A DNA stretch of 64,000 bases, taken from the IMG/VR virus record IMGVR_UViG_3300017971_000032, positions 1-64,000 of that record. One strand, written 5' to 3'. Made by a program: the position numbers and the translations under genes. Within the stretch, counting starts at the first letter, position 1, and each line of letters opens with the position of its first letter. Origin of the DNA: a virus. Below, in pieces: positions 58,176 to 64,000 of the stretch. The notes beneath the pieces were generated by a model. That model saw only the letters and a program-made list of their open reading frames with translations, made no database searches and was not told the origin of the DNA.

Positions 58176-60695
58176 TTGAGCAAGAAGCCGTTTAGCGTAC
58201 AACAAGCACAGAATGTCGAGCCATTAGATCTCGGCATGTCTCTGCCAATAACATTCTTCTCCAACCAGGAGATAGCTCCTGAATGGGATGCGGCTGATAG
58301 GGACGCTTGGCTGCGTAAATTTTGGAAGATGTTTGGTAATGACATGCTACAGGGTGTCTTGGCTGCTAGTGTAGCTAAGGTTCAAACCCAGAACTGGGAG
58401 CTGGAAGGGCCAGAAGGTCTGGTTGACTTGTACCATCCTATCATGCGGGATGACGCTAACTTTGGCAAAGGCTATGGCGATCTGGTAGCCAGGGGTGTGG
58501 TTGACTACTACACACAGGATAATGGATGGTTTATGGAACGTCAGCGTTCTGGCGCTAAAGACCACGAAGGCCCCATGTTAGGTTTGGCTCACCTAGATTC
58601 TGCTCGCATGAGACCTACAGGCAATGCTGACTATCCATACATATACATGGATGTGTATGGAGAGCATCACTTAATGCATCGTTCTCAGTTCATAAGAATT
58701 GTGGACATGCCTAATCCTAAGACTGAGCTTCACGGTTGGGACAAAGGATTCTGTGCTTTGTCCAGAGCACTCTCCACTGCTCTCATATTGACAATGCTCG
58801 TGACGCTGAAACAAGAGAAGCTATCAGATCTGCCTCCCTCAGCGCTGGCAATCTTCAACAACCTAACACGCAAACAGTTTGAGAAGGCTATATCACTATA
58901 TGGGGCGCAGGAGGACATGAAAAACAACACTGTTTGGCGTTCTCTCATGCCTCTGTTTGGTATAGATCCAGCCCATCCAGCCAGCGTTCAATTCATATCA
59001 TTACGGGAAGTGTGGGAGTCATATGATGACATGACTGCCATGAATATTGCTGCATACTCGTTTGCGGCTGCTTGGCGCATAGATCCACGTGAATTTTGGC
59101 CGGTCTCTCAAGGCCCACTCGGCACTGGCAAGGAGGCAGAGGTTCAGCATCAGAAGGCCAAGGCTAAGTCCACAGGGTTGTTGTTCACAGAGATTGAACG
59201 TGCCTTCAATGCTCGTGAGAGCTTGCCGGATGGGTTGACATTCAAATATGCGCTTCAGGATGCAGATGAGGAACAGCAACGTGCAGCTATACACCAGCTT
59301 CAGATAGGCAATGTAAAGACTATGCAAGAAGCTGGTGCGTCGTTGACACCGGACGAGGTACGATGGATATTATCTACACAGTACAGGATACTGCCTAGAG
59401 AATTGGCTAAAGTGCCTGCCGAGGGTGAGGAGTTCAATCTGGTCAACGCCCGTATGTATCTGGATGACGTGGAGCGTCAGGCCAAAGAGTATCATGGATG
59501 GTACTGGGGGCCATGTGTAAGGATGGATGCCTACGGCAAGAAGGAGATGGCATCCCCTGGCGGATCCAGGTTGCCTACAGGCATAATGTATTTAGGTGAG
59601 AAGGGTGGTCCAGGTAGCGGGAATTGGGGACATGCGGGTCGTCCTGGGATGGTTGGTGGTAGTGCTAAGCGTGGTGGAGGTATTGCTGGTGTAACTTTGG
59701 TGGATAGGGCCAGTGAGGTAATGCAGGATGATGGTGGTAGTTTAAGATATTATATAATGCCTGATGGGAAACTAGCGGATGTGTCGGGAACTGATGATGG
59801 TGCAAGCGAATGCACCCATGCCGAATATGCGGCAAGGTTTCCAGGTTTATTTGGTATAGACAAGAAGCCAATGACTTTGGAAGAAATATGGCAAACGCAT
59901 ACTGGGTTGAGCGTGGAAGTGGCAAAGGAATATTTGCAGGATGTGAATGATGCAGGTGCTATAACGGTTTTACAATATGGCAATCAAATTGGACTTGCAG
60001 GCAATTTGCCAATCACGACTCCAAACTTACGTAAAATACATTCTTGGTTGGATAAGGGTAAATTGCCTGTAAGACGCAACTCCACATATGCATGGCAAGA
60101 TATGTCGAGCGGAAAATCTGTTACAGTTAGTTATGATGATTTGATAACGTCCAGAAATGTGAGAGATTTGCAAGTGTTATCTAAGGAGCTCAATGACAAT
60201 CTTGTCTTTGGATCCAAAGAAGCATTAACTGATGGTTTGAAGGGGCAATTTACCTGTTGTGAGAGCCATGCGGCTCAGATGTTCCCAGACATAGTCAATG
60301 ATTTGTTTGAGTTAGGCTATCTGTCTGTGGAAGAGGCTTGCAAAGCCAGTATGGCTCCATCTGCTTGGGTGTATGGTGTAGCAGGCGCGATTGCTCCAGC
60401 TACTGCTGGCAAGCGTGATGTCTTGCTGGCTGCTGCCGAGGAAATTTCACGTTGCTTGGGTGAAGTTGAATTTGCTTTGGGGGAGAAGGAGAGCAAGGGG
60501 TTGCAGACCATCAACCAAAAGATAGCATCCCTGCCTGCCCCTATTGCACGCACCGTTCGAGACAATGCCAAACGTTTACAGGGTGCCATGAATTCAACAA
60601 CCAAACGCAGACAGAATGCTTTGAAGGCTATTCCTGATGAGTTGTGGGATGAATGGGTGGCTGAGGATGAGTTGGCAGAGCAAATAGGGACTTGA
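58176..60695 (+). CDS. Portal protein with long C-terminal extension containing the GGPGSGNWGH tag and a cargo domain
   Basis: Portal-like N-terminal ~430 aa (DNGWFME, LAHLDS, AWRIDPREFW); first gene of the head operon. Confidence 0.7.
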   Translation: MSKKPFSVQQAQNVEPLDLGMSLPITFFSNQEIAPEWDAADRDAWLRKFWKMFGNDMLQGVLAASVAKVQTQNWELEGPEGLVDLYHPIMRDDANFGKGYGDLVARGVVDYYTQDNGWFMERQRSGAKDHEGPMLGLAHLDSARMRPTGNADYPYIYMDVYGEHHLMHRSQFIRIVDMPNPKTELHGWDKGFCALSRALSTALILTMLVTLKQEKLSDLPPSALAIFNNLTRKQFEKAISLYGAQEDMKNNTVWRSLMPLFGIDPAHPASVQFISLREVWESYDDMTAMNIAAYSFAAAWRIDPREFWPVSQGPLGTGKEAEVQHQKAKAKSTGLLFTEIERAFNARESLPDGLTFKYALQDADEEQQRAAIHQLQIGNVKTMQEAGASLTPDEVRWILSTQYRILPRELAKVPAEGEEFNLVNARMYLDDVERQAKEYHGWYWGPCVRMDAYGKKEMASPGGSRLPTGIMYLGEKGGPGSGNWGHAGRPGMVGGSAKRGGGIAGVTLVDRASEVMQDDGGSLRYYIMPDGKLADVSGTDDGASECTHAEYAARFPGLFGIDKKPMTLEEIWQTHTGLSVEVAKEYLQDVNDAGAITVLQYGNQIGLAGNLPITTPNLRKIHSWLDKGKLPVRRNSTYAWQDMSSGKSVTVSYDDLITSRNVRDLQVLSKELNDNLVFGSKEALTDGLKGQFTCCESHAAQMFPDIVNDLFELGYLSVEEACKASMAPSAWVYGVAGAIAPATAGKRDVLLAAAEEISRCLGEVEFALGEKESKGLQTINQKIASLPAPIARTVRDNAKRLQGAMNSTTKRRQNALKAIPDELWDEWVAEDELAEQIGT

Positions 60696-60698
60696 CAT

Positions 60699-62279
60699 AT
60701 GCCACCACGTCAATGGGAGCCAATAGTTGAAGATTTCTCTGTGGTGATGAAGAAGGTACACCTTCTCTTTCGCCGTGATCAAGTGGACATTGAAAATATA
60801 TATGCCGAGATCTTCCGTGAGAAGCGTGAGGCCTACGAGGATGGATTGGCAATCCAAGCAGCTAATGTAGGATGTGCTGGCAGACGTGGCATCACTCCGC
60901 CTGATGTGATGAAGGAAATTAGTGATGAGGCTCACACGGAGGCAGCTGGCATAGCTAATACATACAACTACGATTTGGCTTTGGCTGTGAGGGCCATTCG
61001 TACTGAGACGCCACGTGCCAACCGTTGGACATATGCTAAACGTTTGGGTGAGTGGGAAGCCACGCGTGACGAGTGGAAGAGCAAGCAAATATCGCTGTGG
61101 AATCAGATGAAGTGGCAAGACCGTGCCACACGTGATTTCATGCAACACAACCCACAAGCATTGAAGGGTTGGGCCAAGGTTGAGCCATCTGGTCGCGCAG
61201 TTTGCGATGTGTGTCAATATTGGGTCAATCGGGGCAAGGTGTCCATAGATGAGACACGCAAACAAGAATGGCCAGCTCATCTGAATTGTCCTCATTATTG
61301 GGATGTGCATTACACAGGCAAGGTGGATTGCAAGGAGCTGTGGCTTGGCGCACCATTGCGTGAGTGGTGGGAGGGCAAGGAGATTGGAGAGAAAGGTGGC
61401 CCTGGTTCTGGTAACTGGGGACACGCAGGTCGTCCTGGAATGGTAGGTGGTAGTGCTAAGCGTAGCGTGGCCATGTCTATCAGAACTGGTAGAGATTGGC
61501 AGGAAAGACAACAAGCAGCCAAGAAGATGGCCGAAGCTCAGAAGGCATCTGTGGCTGGTGTGGAAGGGGAATGTAAGCGTGCTATTGATGAATTTATTGG
61601 GGACATTAGTTATGGCCCAGGTGCTTTTGATAATCTGGTAGAGATAAATGATGACGACATTAAAGCCATGTTTGGATTGGGTCATATGGATTATAGGGCT
61701 GATATTAAGGTGATCACTGTGGGAGAGCATGGCAATGTGACCAGACTTGAGATAGATTATTATGATGCGGATGGATCTACAGTAGCCAATGTGGCAAGAG
61801 AGTTGCGCAGGATGGGTGGTGAGGAATGGATGGCATACAACGAGCTGTTGGATGTAATGCCTGAGTATCAGGACAAGGGCATAGCAACCAGTTTGTATAA
61901 TAGGCAGATATACACATTAAGGAATGCCGGTGCATCTGAAATTCAATTATATGCTAATATATCTATAGGACGTTATGCATGGGCCAAAAAGGGGTTTGAT
62001 TATAAGGAAGGCAGCAAGAAATATACGTTGAGACGGGTCAATAGCAATTTTAGGAAATGGGCAGATGACAAGGGCATTCCTGAGCCTTCTGGGGGTTGGC
62101 CTACATTTGATTCAGCCCATAGCGTAGCCACATATAGTCACCCCACTCACACAGTGAAAGGATCGGACATATACAATGATGATGTGGCTGATGATTATGT
62201 TATGCACTTAGGCAAAGCGTTCATGTTGGAATTGCATCACGGGCATGGGCCATGGAATGGCGTATTGAAGTTGAACTGA
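60699..62279 (+). CDS. Head morphogenesis (MuF/gp7-like) protein fused via the tag to a GNAT-like domain
   Basis: CDVC...WPAHLNCPH; VMPEYQDKGIAT...GRYAWAKKGF. Confidence 0.7.
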   Translation: MPPRQWEPIVEDFSVVMKKVHLLFRRDQVDIENIYAEIFREKREAYEDGLAIQAANVGCAGRRGITPPDVMKEISDEAHTEAAGIANTYNYDLALAVRAIRTETPRANRWTYAKRLGEWEATRDEWKSKQISLWNQMKWQDRATRDFMQHNPQALKGWAKVEPSGRAVCDVCQYWVNRGKVSIDETRKQEWPAHLNCPHYWDVHYTGKVDCKELWLGAPLREWWEGKEIGEKGGPGSGNWGHAGRPGMVGGSAKRSVAMSIRTGRDWQERQQAAKKMAEAQKASVAGVEGECKRAIDEFIGDISYGPGAFDNLVEINDDDIKAMFGLGHMDYRADIKVITVGEHGNVTRLEIDYYDADGSTVANVARELRRMGGEEWMAYNELLDVMPEYQDKGIATSLYNRQIYTLRNAGASEIQLYANISIGRYAWAKKGFDYKEGSKKYTLRRVNSNFRKWADDKGIPEPSGGWPTFDSAHSVATYSHPTHTVKGSDIYNDDVADDYVMHLGKAFMLELHHGHGPWNGVLKLN

Positions 62280-62286
62280 GGTGATC

Positions 62287-62415
62287 ATGATAGTAGATGT
62301 GCTTGAAGGCGAGGAAGTTGAGAACGACTCGGATATAGAGTTCTGGAATTATGTACTGTACGATGATGATATTGATGTAATGACCTATCAGGAGGAGTTT
62401 GATCTTCCTGATTGA
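62287..62415 (+). CDS. 42-aa highly acidic peptide (candidate immunity/antidote)
   Basis: GAGGTG RBS; MIVDVLEGEEVENDSDIEFWNYVLYDDD... Confidence 0.45.
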   Translation: MIVDVLEGEEVENDSDIEFWNYVLYDDDIDVMTYQEEFDLPD

Positions 62416-62447
62416 CTTGATGATAATCTTAGGAGGAGGTGATATAG

Positions 62448-62717
62448 GTGAATCAAGACATGTCATATTCGGATCCAGAGGCTGATATTGAAGAACTCGT
62501 TGAAGCTGAGGATGAAAAGACTGGTTGGGACTACTTCTGGGACTTGCTCTCAGAGAGTACGCTTGCATCGGCTGCCATTGCACTGACTTTGGTAGGCACT
62601 GCGTGCTACATGTGGAGTGTAGGCCAGGAGGTGCCTGATCAGTTGTACAACCTGCTACAGCTTGTAGTAGGATACTTCTTCGTATCCAAGACAGCAGCCT
62701 CTGCACGTAGGATGTAG
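62448..62717 (+). CDS. Small 2-TM membrane protein (holin-like)
   Basis: GGAGG RBS; two hydrophobic segments, LVVGYFF, basic C-terminus. Confidence 0.5.
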   Translation: MNQDMSYSDPEADIEELVEAEDEKTGWDYFWDLLSESTLASAAIALTLVGTACYMWSVGQEVPDQLYNLLQLVVGYFFVSKTAASARRM

Positions 62718-62727
62718 GAGGTAACAT

Positions 62728-64000
62728 ATGCCGTATTCTAGTATGGAACAAGCTAATCCATCACTCAAAGGCATCGAGCCGCCTATTTCATTGATACAAG
62801 CCAACCAGATAGCAGCGGTGGCAGACAGAATCACAGGCGTGGACAGCCCCTGGGCAGTGGCTATCAGTCAGTTCAAGAAAAGTCATACTGTCAAGGATGG
62901 TAAGTGGGTCAAGAAGGAAGGCAGTGAGTGGGGTGGCAAGAAGGAGTACGTATCTGGGCTGAAGGCCATCGAACGTGATGGTGATCAGTATCTAGTGCTG
63001 TGGACATCGAATGCGTTCGAAGATGACGAGAAGGAGATCTTTGCAACTAAGGCATGGGAGGACTATGTTGAACGTTGTGATGAAAATCCTGAACTGCGTG
63101 GGCGTGTGTGGTTCTGGCATGTCAAATCTACGGACTTCGCAGATGTTGTCTGGCAGGGTATGGTAGGGCGCATTCTTGTGGAGGTGGCTAAGGTTGACAA
63201 TACGGCATATGGTCAGAAGATGTTCCATGCGCTCCAGAATCCAGATGAGCACCCGGACGTGGTGCCGTTTGGGTGGGGCACTAGCCATGGGTATGTGTAC
63301 AAGCCTGGCACGAAGCATATAGGGCCACCAAATGTGTATACGTGGGTTCATAAATTTGAGACTACCGTGTTGCCGTACGACCGGGCAGCGAACAAACACG
63401 GTGGCGTCAAGGAGGTGATAGACATGTCCGTTTCAAAGAAGAAGGTTGAAGGTCTGGCTAGCATCGTTGGTGAGGATCAAGCCAAGCAGCTGTTGGGAGA
63501 TACTGAGGCTGCCAGTGACGAGTACGAGAAGCAGTATGCCTTCAAGGAGAAGGACGAGGCTGGGGATGAGGATGAGAAGGGTGTTGCCAAGCCTGTCAAA
63601 GCGGTGACTGAGGATGAAGAAGACGAGGAAGAAAAGGCTGAGGAAGAGGAAACCGCTGAGGAATCCAAGGAGGTGTGGGAGATGGAGGTGACTGATGAAT
63701 TAATGAAGGAGATTGCCGCCCATGTCCCAGTGGCTGAGGCTGTCGAGGCAGTTGTCAAGGAGCTAATGCCTAAGTATCTGGGCGAGGCACTGAAGGAATT
63801 GGTGCCACAGATGGAAACGGCAGTGAAGGAAGCTGTTGAATCCACCACTGTGGCATCCAAGGAGAGTATTGTCCAACAGGCAGTGGCTGGCACGTTGCGA
63901 TTGACGCCCTACTCTGCTAGCAAGGATGAGGGCAACGTGGTGAGTGAGAAGGAAGTGGATGAGCACTTCAAGGGCAATGACAAAGCCCAGCAGGGTGATG
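62728..64000 (+). CDS. Prohead protease/scaffold fusion, runs off the window; absent from the ORF track because it has no stop
   Basis: AGGAGGT RBS; WFWH, GTSHG, ETTVLP..RAAN protease-like motifs; acidic scaffold-like C-terminus. Confidence 0.75.
   Translation, partial: MPYSSMEQANPSLKGIEPPISLIQANQIAAVADRITGVDSPWAVAISQFKKSHTVKDGKWVKKEGSEWGGKKEYVSGLKAIERDGDQYLVLWTSNAFEDDEKEIFATKAWEDYVERCDENPELRGRVWFWHVKSTDFADVVWQGMVGRILVEVAKVDNTAYGQKMFHALQNPDEHPDVVPFGWGTSHGYVYKPGTKHIGPPNVYTWVHKFETTVLPYDRAANKHGGVKEVIDMSVSKKKVEGLASIVGEDQAKQLLGDTEAASDEYEKQYAFKEKDEAGDEDEKGVAKPVKAVTEDEEDEEEKAEEEETAEESKEVWEMEVTDELMKEIAAHVPVAEAVEAVVKELMPKYLGEALKELVPQMETAVKEAVESTTVASKESIVQQAVAGTLRLTPYSASKDEGNVVSEKEVDEHFKGNDKAQQGD

Noticed and set aside
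60594-61730. 378-aa minus-strand ORF and other antisense ORFs
   Set aside because: Shadow frames of well-supported + strand genes; no motifs

Overview
A 64-kb segment of a tailed dsDNA phage genome (Caudoviricetes-like; host not determinable from sequence). In order on the + strand: tail/receptor-binding genes (1-7.4 kb); replication genes (SF2 helicase, DnaB, primase, sigma-like factor); an M6/YuA-type thymidine-hypermodification cluster (amino-acid:DNA transferase, radical SAM, PLP enzyme, two P-loop kinases) carrying an extra methyltransferase-like gene; a family A DNA polymerase with N-terminal UDG domain and an unusual O-helix; SSB; a ~10-kb glycan-synthesis island; RecA, 5'-3' exonuclease, resolvase; and terminase. 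A minus-strand block of early-type genes (48-57.8 kb) separates terminase from portal, head-morphogenesis protein and prohead protease/scaffold. Main observations: (1) a 26-aa tag, GEKGGPGSGNWGHAGRPG(L/M)VGGS(S/A)KR, in three proteins, each followed by a different cargo domain (ADP-ribosyltransferase-like, GNAT-like, unknown); (2) eight copies of a phage-specific promoter-like motif CGGTTTAGTATA-N-Y-R, two directly followed by structured ~80-90 nt ncRNA candidates (one with a tRNA T-arm, one with an anti-Shine-Dalgarno stretch); (3) three promoters with four 11-bp-phased ATTCTAAT boxes ending 10 bp upstream of a -10, plus a collapsed phnD/phnE relic. All family assignments are by motif recognition only; no database searches were run.
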